NCBI GenBank assembly: GCA_031430855.1
Contig: JANPCG010000010.1
Location: forward strand, 35,714-99,713
Source: Candidatus Kaiserbacteria bacterium
Lineage (GTDB): Bacteria > Patescibacteriota > Minisyncoccia > Phycocordibacterales > UBA918
Direction of reading: 5' to 3'
DNA: 64,000 nucleotides
Shown here: positions 49,178 to 59,500 of the stretch, piece by piece
Layout of the letters: the number at the start of each line of letters is the position of its first letter
Numbering within the stretch: position 1 is the first letter of the stretch
Translations under genes and position numbers: made by a program
The notes under the pieces: model-generated
The model's input: only the letters and a program-made list of their open reading frames with translations
Database searches by the model: none
Told to the model about the DNA's origin: nothing

Positions 49178-49381
49178 ATGATACACGACTACAATTGGCC
49201 ACACGGTGCTGCTGGCGCCGCTGACGAACGAGTTAACCGCTCGGAACGGAAGCGTGATCCTATACCCCAAGCTGGTGACGAAGCAAAAACACCAGCGCCA
49301 CCTCAGCAGGGTGATGGCACGACTGCTTCTGAACAGCAGCAACAGCAAGACACAATCATCAGAGACTGGGCTTCATTTTGA
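49178..49381 (+). CDS. Small disordered protein ending IRDWASF
   Basis: GGAGGG Shine-Dalgarno upstream; own terminator downstream. Confidence 0.6.
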   Translation: MIHDYNWPHGAAGAADERVNRSERKRDPIPQAGDEAKTPAPPQQGDGTTASEQQQQQDTIIRDWASF

Positions 49382-49395
49382 AGCACCACAACATA

Positions 49396-49425
49396 GGCCG
49401 CCCTTCGGGGCGGTTTTCGCTTTTT
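49396..49425 (+). terminator. Intrinsic terminator
   Basis: ggccgccc-ttcg-gggcggtt then T tract. Confidence 0.8.
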
Positions 49426-49444
49426 GTGGTACAGTATTTTCGCG

Positions 49445-50680
49445 ATGACGAAAGACGAACTAAAAGTGCTCGAGCTACCTGATACACCGGGGGTGTACTT
49501 TTTTCTTGATGCCCGCAAGAAAATCATGTACATCGGTAAAGCTACCTCACTGCGCAATCGCGTTCGAAGCTACTTTGCGAACGATATTAAAGAAAAACGC
49601 TCCGAACTCATCAGTAACATGGTTGCCGAAGCCGCGACTGTTGAAGTAACTGCTACCGAGAGTGTACTCGAGGCACTTATCCTCGAAACGAACCTTATTC
49701 GCAGTCACAAACCGCGATATAACACCCGGAGCAAAGATGACAAGTCATACAACCATCTCGTCATAACAAACGAAGCCTGGCCGCGAGTACTCATTGTCCG
49801 CGGTAAAGACCTCACCGAACAGTTCACCGAAAAAGATATCAAATTTCATTTTGGTCCGTTCCCGAGCGGTGGCCTTTTGCGTGAAGCTCTCAAGATCGTC
49901 CGCAAGTTGTTCCAATACTATGACACCAAAGAACCAGTGGGTACAGAAACTACCCGGCTCGCTCGCGGCAAGATTGACTTCAACCGACAGATTGGCCTTT
50001 TCCCAAATCATACTGATAAAGTAATTTATGACCGTACGATTCGTCACTTACGCTTGTTCTTTGAGGGCAAAAAGCGCGAAATCATTAAAGAACTCACTCG
50101 TGACATGATGAAAGCGGCAAAAGCTGAACGCTTTGAAGAAGCTGGTCGTATCAAGCGGCAAGTGTTTGCCCTCGAGCATATCCAGGACATTGCGTTAATT
50201 AAAGCAGAGCGTGCCACCCCTCGCAGTGGAGCGATACTTCGTATCGAGGCATATGATATTGCACACTTAGACGGTAAGGATATGGTGGGAGTGATGACGG
50301 TAGTCGAGGGCAGTGAGCCGCAAAAAAATGAATATCGCAAGTTCAAGATAAAAACACTCAAGAACGCTAACGACCCGGCAGCCCTCAGAGAAGTATTGTC
50401 GCGTCGTCTAGCCCACCCTGAATGGCCATTCCCTAATATTATCGTTGTTGACGGTAACGATGTGCAGAAGCGCACTGCCGAACTCCTCCTTGCCGAACAC
50501 GCCCTCCTTGTACCAGTCGTCGCGGTGGTGAAGGACGATCGGCACAAAGCAAACCGGCTTCTTGGCCCTGCGGCTTTGATTGAGGCACACAAGCTCGAAA
50601 TCCTCCACGCCAATGCAGAGTCCCACCGCTTTGCTATCACGTACTACCGACAAAAAAGCCGTAAGCGAGCGTTATCCTAG
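49445..50680 (+). CDS. uvrC: Short UvrC (GIY-YIG, UVR, RNase H-like; no HhH tail)
   Basis: LPDTPGVY, YIGKATSLRNRVRSYF, PRYN..KDDK, RIEAYDIAH, YRKF, VDG, ESHRFA. Confidence 0.85.
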   Translation: MTKDELKVLELPDTPGVYFFLDARKKIMYIGKATSLRNRVRSYFANDIKEKRSELISNMVAEAATVEVTATESVLEALILETNLIRSHKPRYNTRSKDDKSYNHLVITNEAWPRVLIVRGKDLTEQFTEKDIKFHFGPFPSGGLLREALKIVRKLFQYYDTKEPVGTETTRLARGKIDFNRQIGLFPNHTDKVIYDRTIRHLRLFFEGKKREIIKELTRDMMKAAKAERFEEAGRIKRQVFALEHIQDIALIKAERATPRSGAILRIEAYDIAHLDGKDMVGVMTVVEGSEPQKNEYRKFKIKTLKNANDPAALREVLSRRLAHPEWPFPNIIVVDGNDVQKRTAELLLAEHALLVPVVAVVKDDRHKANRLLGPAALIEAHKLEILHANAESHRFAITYYRQKSRKRALS

Positions 50681-50733
50681 CTAGCGGACGCATAAAGTAC
50701 AGTCATCAAATGTAGTTGTGCTAAAATACTAAT

Positions 50734-51708
50734 ATGAAAAATACTCGCGTGGCAGTCTTACGTGGCGGACCGAGTTCCGAATACGATGTTTCTATGATTA
50801 CAGGAGCCGGCGTCCTAAGTGCACTCAGTGAGCTTGGATACTTTACCAAAGACATTGTCGTCACAAAAAGTGGGGATTGGATCATTGAAGGGGTCGTTAA
50901 ATCACCGGACTCGGCCTTATTAGCAATTGATGTTGTTTTTATTGCCATGCACGGTGCCTATGGTGAGGATGGAACAGTTCAAAAAATCTGCGAACGGCAT
51001 CACATTCCTTTTACGGGCAGCAATTCTTTTCCCTCGAACCTCGCTTTTAACAAAGACGCCACCAAGCGATCACTTCGCGATAGCGGAGTCAGACTACCAA
51101 AACACGTCAAAGTAAAACGAGAAGATTATGAGCACTTTACAGAGATTGCTGCCGCAATATTAAATGAAATTGGTTCAGAAGTTGTCCTTAAACCAACAAA
51201 CAGTGGCTCTTCCCATGGAGTGATGATGGTGGGTGATGACGCCTCGCTCGTAAAAGCTTTAGAGGACATGTCTGTAGTATACGAGAAGTTTATGGTGGAA
51301 GAACGAATTCGTGGCACTGAAGCTACGGTTGCTCTACTAGAAGACTTTAGAAATCAGACACACTATCTCTTACCCGCAATCGAAATCGTACCACCACAAT
51401 CAAGTGATTTCTTTGATGCTGAAGTAAAATATAACGGAGCAACCCTTGAGCTTTGTCCCGGTCGTTTTTCTCAAGCTGAAAAAGAATTACTGGCTGAAGC
51501 AGCTTTAACGGTGCACCGGGATTTGGGCCTAAGTCAATATTCACGTTCCGACTTTATAGTACGAAATGGGGAAGTGTACTTCCTGGAAGTAAACACCCTT
51601 CCCGGACTAACCCCAGAATCCCTTTTTCCAAGAGCTGCAGCTGCGGTTGGTTGCACCTTTACTCAACTAATCGAACATCTCATACTTACCGCTCGAGTTA
51701 ATCGTTAG
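50734..51708 (+). CDS. ddl: D-alanine--D-alanine ligase
   Basis: GGPSSEYDVS, HGAYGEDG, GSSHGV, FFDAEVKY, EVNTLPGLT..SLFP. Confidence 0.92.
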   Translation: MKNTRVAVLRGGPSSEYDVSMITGAGVLSALSELGYFTKDIVVTKSGDWIIEGVVKSPDSALLAIDVVFIAMHGAYGEDGTVQKICERHHIPFTGSNSFPSNLAFNKDATKRSLRDSGVRLPKHVKVKREDYEHFTEIAAAILNEIGSEVVLKPTNSGSSHGVMMVGDDASLVKALEDMSVVYEKFMVEERIRGTEATVALLEDFRNQTHYLLPAIEIVPPQSSDFFDAEVKYNGATLELCPGRFSQAEKELLAEAALTVHRDLGLSQYSRSDFIVRNGEVYFLEVNTLPGLTPESLFPRAAAAVGCTFTQLIEHLILTARVNR

Positions 51709-51711
51709 GCC

Positions 51712-52053
51712 ATGGCAAAAATTACTCTTAAAAAATATGCCAGTTTAAAAAAGGGTCTTGGGTCGGACTGGCAAACGAATGACATCTATACTGAACTCAG
51801 CCTTACCGCAAATTTTAAAAACCACTTCACCGCGTTTATGTTTCTCACCAAAGTATCCATTCACGCTGAAGTAAAAAAGTATTATCCAACCTTAATATTA
51901 AAAGAACATACGGTTAAAATTACATTAGGGTCGAAGAAATCTCCACTCACAACTGATGATTTTAATTTCGCTTTTCATGTTGATGTTGTCATGTTATCCA
52001 CTAAAGAACGTAGGCAGGTATCAACTTTAGACCCAACTCGGTATATACTCTAG
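51712..52053 (+). CDS. Pterin-4a-carbinolamine dehydratase-like protein, degenerate
   Basis: W...L...FKNHFTAFMFLTKV...AE...YYP...V.I.L...LT..D. Confidence 0.55.
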   Translation: MAKITLKKYASLKKGLGSDWQTNDIYTELSLTANFKNHFTAFMFLTKVSIHAEVKKYYPTLILKEHTVKITLGSKKSPLTTDDFNFAFHVDVVMLSTKERRQVSTLDPTRYIL

Positions 52054-52057
52054 TTAT

Positions 52058-52693
52058 ATGAATATGGAAGGCACAAAACACGAAAAAGCAGTTATATTAT
52101 TCTTAGCGTACGTTGTCGGATTTACTTCGGGCTTTATCGCCTTTGGTACAAAACAGTCAGCACCAGAAGTCGTTTCAGTGACTGAGGTTGCTCAAGAAAT
52201 TTCCTTAGAGGAGTCACCTGATGTTGTTGAGGAAGTAATCACAGACGATGTACTTACGGAAGCAGTAGAATCACCTAACGAGTATTCAAATCCTCTTCAT
52301 CCTGAGGGCACACATGCATATTACCAAAACGGCCGGTTACTCGTCAGTGTTAACGGACAAGTCACGCTGCTTTCAATGGAAAAAAATCGAATGGCTGCCA
52401 ATGTGACCGATCTTTTTAGTAAGCAGGGTTCTCACATTGCTATTCCTCATACCGCAGTTTCAACAGATAATAAGTATGTCTACTTCTGTGAACAGCAATC
52501 TGATGCTGATAGTTGTGTAAGCTTTGTGTATGCAATTGACGCTCAAACTATTTATTCAGTAATGGATAACGGACAAAAGGTGGTTATGAGTGGCAGTGAC
52601 GCTAAAAAGGTGACCTGGGATGGTAACAAACTATCTGTTGGAACCAGTCTCTCTACTTCTCCAGAAGCACCTTGGAAGGTCGCCGCTCGGTAA
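52058..52693 (+). CDS. Membrane-anchored hypothetical protein
   Basis: N-terminal TM, acidic linker, beta-rich domain with a Cys pair. Confidence 0.7.
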   Translation: MNMEGTKHEKAVILFLAYVVGFTSGFIAFGTKQSAPEVVSVTEVAQEISLEESPDVVEEVITDDVLTEAVESPNEYSNPLHPEGTHAYYQNGRLLVSVNGQVTLLSMEKNRMAANVTDLFSKQGSHIAIPHTAVSTDNKYVYFCEQQSDADSCVSFVYAIDAQTIYSVMDNGQKVVMSGSDAKKVTWDGNKLSVGTSLSTSPEAPWKVAAR

Positions 52694-52794
52694 CTTATTC
52701 TATTGACTTACACAACCAAAGTCGGTATTATAGCCAGCACTTGCAAAGTAATTTGCAGATAAAGAGGTCGCGATACGTGAGTTTCTCACGTACT

Positions 52795-52867
52795 GGGCCC
52801 GTAGCTCACTTGGTAGAGCGCCTCATTTGCACTGAGGAGGCAGCGGGTTCGAATCCTGTCGGGTCCA
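52795..52867 (+). tRNA. tRNA-Ala(TGC), CCA not encoded
   Basis: GGGCCCG/CGGGTCC acceptor with G3:U70, CCTCA-TTTGCAC-TGAGG, TTCGAAT. Confidence 0.95.
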
Positions 52868-52869
52868 CA

Positions 52870-53100
52870 TAAGGCAGTCCGTAACACGCTAGTGTTACGG
52901 ACTTTGCCGTTGTGCGACCCGACAGGATTCGAAAGGTTACTTCGGGGCCCCTCTGGGCCGAAGCAACCGGGGTCGAGCGAGTGAGACAGTTAATGAACGA
53001 AGTGATATTAACTTTCCACGAGAGTGACCGAATCCTGTCGCGATTACTTAGCAGAATTTATACAAAGTATAAATTCTGGTTAGTAACTCGTAACCACAGA
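52870..53100. repeat. tRNA-trailing structured element with inverted and direct copies of the tRNA 3' end
   Basis: tgtgcgacccgacaggattcgaa (52911-52933) is an inverted T arm/acceptor; cgaatcctgtcg recurs at 53029-53040. Confidence 0.75.
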
Positions 53101-53163
53101 AGTTATGACCAAATCCCGCTAATCTCCTTGCCACCATCATTTTTTTATGACATAATCACTATA

Positions 53164-53775
53164 ATGAAAAACTTCAACGACGACTTTAAACGAGGGAGTA
53201 AGAAATTCTCCGGTCCCAAATCATTTCATAATGAATCGCGCCCTCAAGGACGTTTTGATAACGGACGTCCGCCACGCTTTGAACGTGACGAAGCAAAGCC
53301 TGAATTATTCAAGGCAACCTGTACAACGTGTGGTAAACCATGTGAGGTACCTTTTAAACCGGACGGCATTAAGCCAGTGCTTTGCCGCGAATGTTTCTCA
53401 GCAAAAAATGGAGCTCCCTTTACGCCAAAACTTCGTGGTGACGACCGTACTCAAGGGACTTCAAAATTCCGGCCTGACTCTTCAAAATCTCCGGCAGACT
53501 ACATTCCATTTCAACCCACTAAAGATGCTAACTACAAGGAACTAAAACAGCAAATTGGTGTGCTCGAATCAAAGATCAACCGTTTAGTTGATCTTATGAC
53601 CCCCGTAGCAAAACCAGTAGTTAAAGCGGCGCCACTTTCGCTAGACGAAGAAGTAACGGAGATTAAGCTAGCGCGTAAGCCAAAACTTGCGACCCCGGCC
53701 GTAAAGAAAGCCGCTGCCAAGAAGAAGGTACAGAAGGCTACCAAAGTCGCTAAAAAGGCTCCTAAAGCAGAATAA
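53164..53775 (+). CDS. CxxC-x17-CxxC zinc-ribbon protein with Lys/Ala-rich tail
   Basis: FKATCTTCGKPCEVPFKP...PVLCRECF; tail KKAAAKKKVQKATKVAKKAPK. ATG 53164 follows CATAAT. Confidence 0.85.
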   Translation: MKNFNDDFKRGSKKFSGPKSFHNESRPQGRFDNGRPPRFERDEAKPELFKATCTTCGKPCEVPFKPDGIKPVLCRECFSAKNGAPFTPKLRGDDRTQGTSKFRPDSSKSPADYIPFQPTKDANYKELKQQIGVLESKINRLVDLMTPVAKPVVKAAPLSLDEEVTEIKLARKPKLATPAVKKAAAKKKVQKATKVAKKAPKAE

Positions 53776-53832
53776 TACCCACATTGATATCAACTAACTA
53801 AAACGCTATAATCTGCGTCATAGTTTGATTGA

Positions 53833-53905
53833 GGGCCCTTAGCTCATCCGGTAGAGCGCTTCCATGGCATGGAAGAGGTGAGCGGTTCAAGTCCGCTAGG
53901 GTCCA
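53833..53905 (+). tRNA. tRNA-Ala(GGC), CCA not encoded
   Basis: GGGCCCT/AGGGTCC acceptor, CTTCC-ATGGCAT-GGAAG, TTCAAGT. Confidence 0.95.
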
Positions 53906-54195
53906 CAGCAGGAAACCAATAAACCACCAGCTAAAAAGCTGGTGGTTTATTGATTTAGCAAGTGACCTGCGTCACTTGCTACTGCTGTGGAAGACGGAGA
54001 CATATCGCTCTGCGACAGTCGAGGCAGGGTCGAGAGCTGTTAGTAGATTTGGAGCTGAAAGCGAACAAATATACTTACAGATTCGTGACCACAGCGGCTT
54101 TATAATTAGTAACTCATGACCATTGAGACTATTCAAGAACACTTATTAGATTCAGAGTCGAAGACGAATGAATATAGTTAGTGACTTGTGACCAC
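53903..54195. repeat. tRNA-trailing structured element (GAAGACGGA...GGGTCG...TCGTGACC core)
   Basis: ccacagcag, ctgctgtgg, ccacagc bracket the core; extra ends aactcatgacc and gacttgtgacc follow. Confidence 0.7.
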
Positions 54196-54382
54196 CAGAT
54201 ATACTTTACCTAATAAATCTTTTGAAGCCCAAAGATATAGGGACAAGCAAGGCGGGCGGAAATGACCAAGATGTAACACAAAAATATCGGTTCATCTTTC
54301 ACTACCATTGAAATATTCAAAAAACCATGACATAGTACATAACGAAATAAGTACACCCTGCACATTCACAAGGAGCAGAAGA

Positions 54383-55252
54383 ATGGCTAATCAAAATTTC
54401 GTGAACCCAACCGGTCTCTGGTCGTACTCGGGTCCGTATCAAATCCTTGTTGTGGCAGAGGCATGTCCCTCGGATATCGACGCAGCCAAACGTGTTGGTA
54501 ACAACGTAAGAGTCCGAGGCACGATAATTGAGGTCGGCCCCAGTCATGATCAGTATGGACAAATATATCAGGGCAGTGGCGATGATGCATCATGTTATGT
54601 CGGACTTCAACGCCTGTTCTTCGAAAAGAAACACATAATTCGTATATCCCGTCCAGCGGGTCAATTGATCTGGGAGAATCCTGAGCTGACTCATATTTCT
54701 CTGCAAGAGGTTAAAGAAAAACCCCGCGGCTACTGGCCAAAGTTCTACTACGATGGAACAGAAATCATTGGTGAAACCTGTTCTACCGGCACTAAATACC
54801 AGTTGCGTGAGGGACAAGAAATTCGGTTAAAACGTCACGGTACCTTCCGGTTTACAAAGGCTTTCAAGACCCTGGCTTACCTGGACATAACACTTCCGCG
54901 CAAGGGATGGAACCCGCGCAAAACAACTCATCGGATTCGAATTCCAACAGGTAAGTGCTTGACAGTCAGTCGCTCTAATTATCATCTGGAGTGGATGAAC
55001 ACCCTACTGATTCAGCGTCACTACTTTGGCTACCGGCCAGGGCACCAGCCGCTTACTGAGTACGAGATACTGCAATTTCTTGAATTGCTCAAGCCTGATC
55101 CACTCATGGAAGAACGGGCCAGAAAAGCCTTTACTGCCATGAAGCCTGCTGACGTTCGACTTCAACATCAGGAACTACAGCGCTCGGCTATGAGTACAGA
55201 ACTCGTGCGAGAAAAGGTAGAAAGAATCAAGCTCGCCATGAACATCAGTTAG
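54383..55252 (+). CDS. Hypothetical protein
   Basis: AGGAG SD before ATG 54383; downstream terminator; no recognised motif. Confidence 0.65.
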   Translation: MANQNFVNPTGLWSYSGPYQILVVAEACPSDIDAAKRVGNNVRVRGTIIEVGPSHDQYGQIYQGSGDDASCYVGLQRLFFEKKHIIRISRPAGQLIWENPELTHISLQEVKEKPRGYWPKFYYDGTEIIGETCSTGTKYQLREGQEIRLKRHGTFRFTKAFKTLAYLDITLPRKGWNPRKTTHRIRIPTGKCLTVSRSNYHLEWMNTLLIQRHYFGYRPGHQPLTEYEILQFLELLKPDPLMEERARKAFTAMKPADVRLQHQELQRSAMSTELVREKVERIKLAMNIS

Positions 55253-55277
55253 CGTAGCGTTCTGGTCAACAACTCAT

Positions 55278-55330
55278 CACCCCGCATCACCGAGGCACCC
55301 CCTCCGTTTGGTGCGGGGTGTTTTCATTTT
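55278..55330 (+). terminator. Intrinsic terminator
   Basis: caccccgcatca...tggtgcggggtg then T tract. Confidence 0.7.
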
Positions 55331-55364
55331 CTAACCTCATCATACCTTCTGCTATACTTCATCT

Positions 55365-55670
55365 ATGACAACCGCACAACACATCCTTTCCATCGCCGAA
55401 GCAGGGAATTGCATTGCTGATTCAATTGCCTATGACGACAATATTTTTACCCACCTTAATGTGCTAATGGGAATTGAAGATACCTTAGATCAAGGGAGGG
55501 TGTCGGCCGCCATACTTGATTCTGATAATTCATTAACGTCTGAAATCAACGCTAAAATGGATGCCTTACGAACTAAAATAAGTAACTTGATACACCAATG
55601 TGACAAAGAAGATTACAATCGCTTTCAAGAGGCTCGAAGCAGGCGACTACTTACCCAATTCAACTACTAG
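55365..55670 (+). CDS. Hypothetical helical protein
   Basis: TATACT 6 nt before ATG. Confidence 0.55.
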   Translation: MTTAQHILSIAEAGNCIADSIAYDDNIFTHLNVLMGIEDTLDQGRVSAAILDSDNSLTSEINAKMDALRTKISNLIHQCDKEDYNRFQEARSRRLLTQFNY

Positions 55671-55698
55671 TAGTGCTGGTGGAAAAAAATATTCTCTT

Positions 55699-55907
55699 GT
55701 GCTACTCTTGATACAGAGCCGACGAGGTACTTAATACTAAACGTCACCCGCTCCTCACACAGGTTCAGCTGCGACTCGCCGCGGTGTCCCTCCCTTGTTT
55801 GGCTTTGTGCAAAGCTGGACCTGTGTGACCTACCCTCCAAGAGATTGATCTCCCGCCACATTCGCCTGTGGCATTTTATATACCTCAAACCAACCTATAC
55901 ACAGCAC
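55699..55907 (-). ncRNA. Candidate 6S RNA
   Basis: ~209 nt; closing stem gtgct/agcac and gaggta/tacctc; 6S-like words GGGAG, TGAACCTG...GCGGGT, and CGGC near the 3' end. Confidence 0.5.
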
Positions 55908-55957
55908 GTCATGAGATTCGACACTTGATATTCTTTGACCTGGTATGATGTATCCAT

Positions 55958-56479
55958 ATGGAAATATTGATTATTTTAATAGCAATTGTTCAAACGTTTG
56001 CTATCTCACTCGGAGTCGGAAGTTCAACCTTAGCAATTGTAAACTTCTTTGTCGCGATTGCTGATGGAAGGATTGATGAAACTGAACGGAGAATGATGGG
56101 GATTGCATACATTATTTTGCGCATTGCAATGTTAACCATCCTGATAACAAGTAGTATTATTTTAGGATATAACTCCCAACACCTCGGACTTGGAGCTTTT
56201 ACACTTTATGTTATTTCTCAGTTTGTATTAATTTTTGTACTGTACACAAATGCGCTTATGATGACCATGCGTATCATGCCAAGTACTTTTGGTCCCGCGA
56301 TTCAAGCTGGTACGTGGTATACCTTAGGTGTACTCGCAGCTCTCGTCCCGCTCGGATTAAATGAATTTACCTTTGTTAATTTTATACTCGCATACATCAC
56401 TACTCTTACCCTTGCGGTATCACTTATAAACGGTATTATGGCGTACTTAAAACATAAAAAGAAAACAGCTACTAAATAG
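55958..56479 (+). CDS. Polytopic membrane protein
   Basis: ~5 hydrophobic helices; DGRIDETE loop. Confidence 0.75.
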   Translation: MEILIILIAIVQTFAISLGVGSSTLAIVNFFVAIADGRIDETERRMMGIAYIILRIAMLTILITSSIILGYNSQHLGLGAFTLYVISQFVLIFVLYTNALMMTMRIMPSTFGPAIQAGTWYTLGVLAALVPLGLNEFTFVNFILAYITTLTLAVSLINGIMAYLKHKKKTATK

Positions 56480-56485
56480 TTTATC

Positions 56486-56517
56486 AAAAAAGCGAAGGCA
56501 TGTGCCTTCGCTTTTTT
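56486..56517. terminator. Bidirectional terminator
   Basis: aaaaaagcgaaggca-tg-tgccttcgctttttt between convergent genes. Confidence 0.85.
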
Positions 56518-56538
56518 GTTGCAACACAGTCAGTACTA

Positions 56539-59500
56539 CTAATCCAGTTTAGACCACGGTAAGTAACTATAGAAGTACTGACCCCAGGTTTGATCTTTAA
56601 ATTTACCCGCTGCTTTATCAAGCTTGTGCTTTTCATTTCGATAATACAAGGTTGGAACAAGTACCAACGTAAGAATCATTGCAAAGGTTAGACCATACAT
56701 GATTGCAAATGCGAGCGGGCTCCAGAAGTCAGAAATGCGTGAGAGTGGAATCATACCAATGACTGTTGTGATAGTAGTCAGCATAATTGGACGGAAACGA
56801 GATACTGAGGCGTCTGCCACTTGGTCAATTAATGACTCGTCTTCTCTTTGGGAACCTTTATGAGTAATCATTGAGTCCATCAAAATAATATTGTGGTTAA
56901 TAATAACACCTGCTAACGCGATTACTCCTAACAGGGAAGTAAACGAGAGCGCTAAACCAGTACCCGCAAGACCTACAAACACACCAATAAGAGAGTATGG
57001 GACAACGAGCAATAAGTACAGTGAGTAGCGAACGGAGTTAAATGAAAGAACCAAAATCGCAAGCATAAGTAGTAATCCTACGAGAAATGCAATTCCCATT
57101 TCAGAAAACGATTCGTTCACATTTTCAGCTTCTCCACCATAACTAATTACGACACCAGCTGGTGCATTTAATTCACTCACTCGAGCCTTGAATGCCGTTA
57201 CTACTTCGCTAGAGACAACCCCTTCGGCTGTAAACGCAGAAACGGTAACCTGGCGAATTTTATCTTCACGATTAATTGACGCGTTGGCTGGAGCCAGAGA
57301 TTCAGACATTACACTCGAGAGTGGTACACTGGCTCCTGTCACCGACTGAACGGAAAGATTTTGAAGAGTGTCGATGGTAATTTTTGGTGTTGCAGCAGCA
57401 TCGGCTGTAGTCTTATCGAGTCCGAGACGTACAACGACAGCAATATCTTCACCATCTTCATTAATGGTAGTCGCTTCGACACCGAATACTGCAGTTCGGA
57501 GAATTCCTCCGACCGCGGCCGGTGAGACACCAAGCGCGCTCGCCTTGGCCTTGTCTACCGTGAGAACAAACTCTGTTGCGTTACTCTTACTACTGGCTTC
57601 AACGTCACGGGCACCCGGAATGTCCTGGAGCAACTTCTCAGCAGCATCAGAAGTAACCAACAGATCAGAGAGACTATCACCACTGAGTTTAATAAACACT
57701 GGCGCTCCAGTCGGTGGACCATTTTGTTGTTCAGTAATTGAAATAGTACCACCATTGATAGCTCCAAAATCTTTACGTAATTTTGCCGCGAGATCAATAC
57801 TTGATTCTGTCCGGTCAGATTTAAGTTCAACCGTAATATTGGCGAACTTACCACCAGCATCAGTACTCCCGGTGAAGGCAGATCCAGAACCAGCCGTCGT
57901 TGTAAATGACTCAATGTAATCTTTTTCGTACAACACTTCTTCAACCGCCCGAACCACCAGGTCAGTTTGCGCTACTGGCGTACCTTGTGGGGTTTCAATT
58001 TCTACATAAATCGAATCAGCGTCTTCCGGTGGGAAGAAGATAACTTTAAGCAATCCCGTAACAGGCAATAACAGGGCAATAAATAGACTGAGAAACAGAC
58101 TCCACAACAAAATTCTTTGCTTGATTTTACTTTGAAGAAAATTAACGAGTTTAGTTCGATACCAAAATTGTGCTTTGGTATTATATTCTTCTTGCTTTTC
58201 TTCAAAACGGTTAGAATGTGCGTTACTCGTGAGATATATTGCAAGTAATGGTACGAGACCAAGCGCCACAAAAATGGACGCAAAGAGCACAAAGATAATG
58301 GTAAACGGAATTGATGAAATGAATTCACCAGTAACTCCCGAGAGAAAGAAGAGTGGGGCAAACACCGCAATCGTGGTCATGGTCCCCGCAATTAATGGCC
58401 AGGCGTATTCTTTAATCGAGCGCTCAGCCGCCTCAACTGCATTTCCCCCTTTTCGCAAACGGGTATGAATTGCTTCTGTTACTACAATCCCTGAGTCTAC
58501 CAGAATACCCACTGATAGTATTAATGCAAAAAGGGAAATGAAGTTAATAGTATTCCCTGAAGCGTAAAGACCGATAAAGGCAATCACAAACGAGAGGGGA
58601 ATGGAAAGCGCAGCCACGAGAGACTCACGCCACCCAATTGTAAGAAGTAAGACTAATACAACGAGCGCTACCGTTTCAAGACCAGCTTTAATCAGTTCTG
58701 AAAGATCCTTTCGTACTTGTTCACCCTGGTCAAACACGACCAATACTTGCGAGTCTGAAAGAAGTGCTTCTGGCTTCTGCAATTCATCTAATCGAGCCAG
58801 TACTTTATCGGTAACATCAGTAACGTCACCACCAGCCTTCTTAAAAACAGTGACGGTCATTGAAGTTTCAGACGGAGAGCCAGAAACTGACACTCGCGAA
58901 ATTGACGTTTCTTTATTAACGCTATCACTTACCGTTGCCACATCGCGAACATACACCGTTTGACCTGAAGCTGACTTAATAGGGACGCTCATCACATCTT
59001 CAACAGTTTCGATTTTTCCTTCAAATCGCACCGCATATTCTATTCCCGCTGTTGAAACGGTACCAACAGGCACTGTAAGATTGGCCTGACGCAAGGCGTT
59101 GGTTACATCAGCAATCCCAATCCCGAACGCACTCAAAGCTTCTTCTTTTACAATCACTTGAATCTGTCGTTCACGCGTACCTGAAATTACTACCTCGGAC
59201 ACCCCTGCCACGCCCGTAAATTCATCTTTAAGTTTCTCACCGAGCGCCGTAAACGCAGACGGGGAGAGATCAGACGAGATGGCAATAATATTTATTGGCT
59301 GATTGGAGAAATCTACCTCCGTCACAATCGGATCGTTCGCGTCAGCCGGAAGTTCGTTTTTTGCGCCATCAACCGCATCACGCAATTTTTGAATTGATTT
59401 ATCAATATCAGCGCTCGCGGTAAATTCAACTGAGATAAATGACACATCATCTCGTGAGACAGATGTTAGATTTTCGATATCATCAAGATTTGATACCGCA

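Noticed and set aside
52912-53163. N-terminal 84 aa of ORF 52912..53775
   Set aside because: It runs through the tRNA-trailing element; ATG 53164 after a -10 box is the better start.
52795-54200. Prophage or island attL/attR at the tRNAs
   Set aside because: The duplicated tRNA ends are under 200 bp apart, include inverted copies, and no integrase is present.
55699-55907. SRP RNA or the 73-aa ORF 55667..55888
   Set aside because: CAGGTCC and GCAGC occur but without the GNRA-capped domain IV geometry; the ORF lacks coding features.
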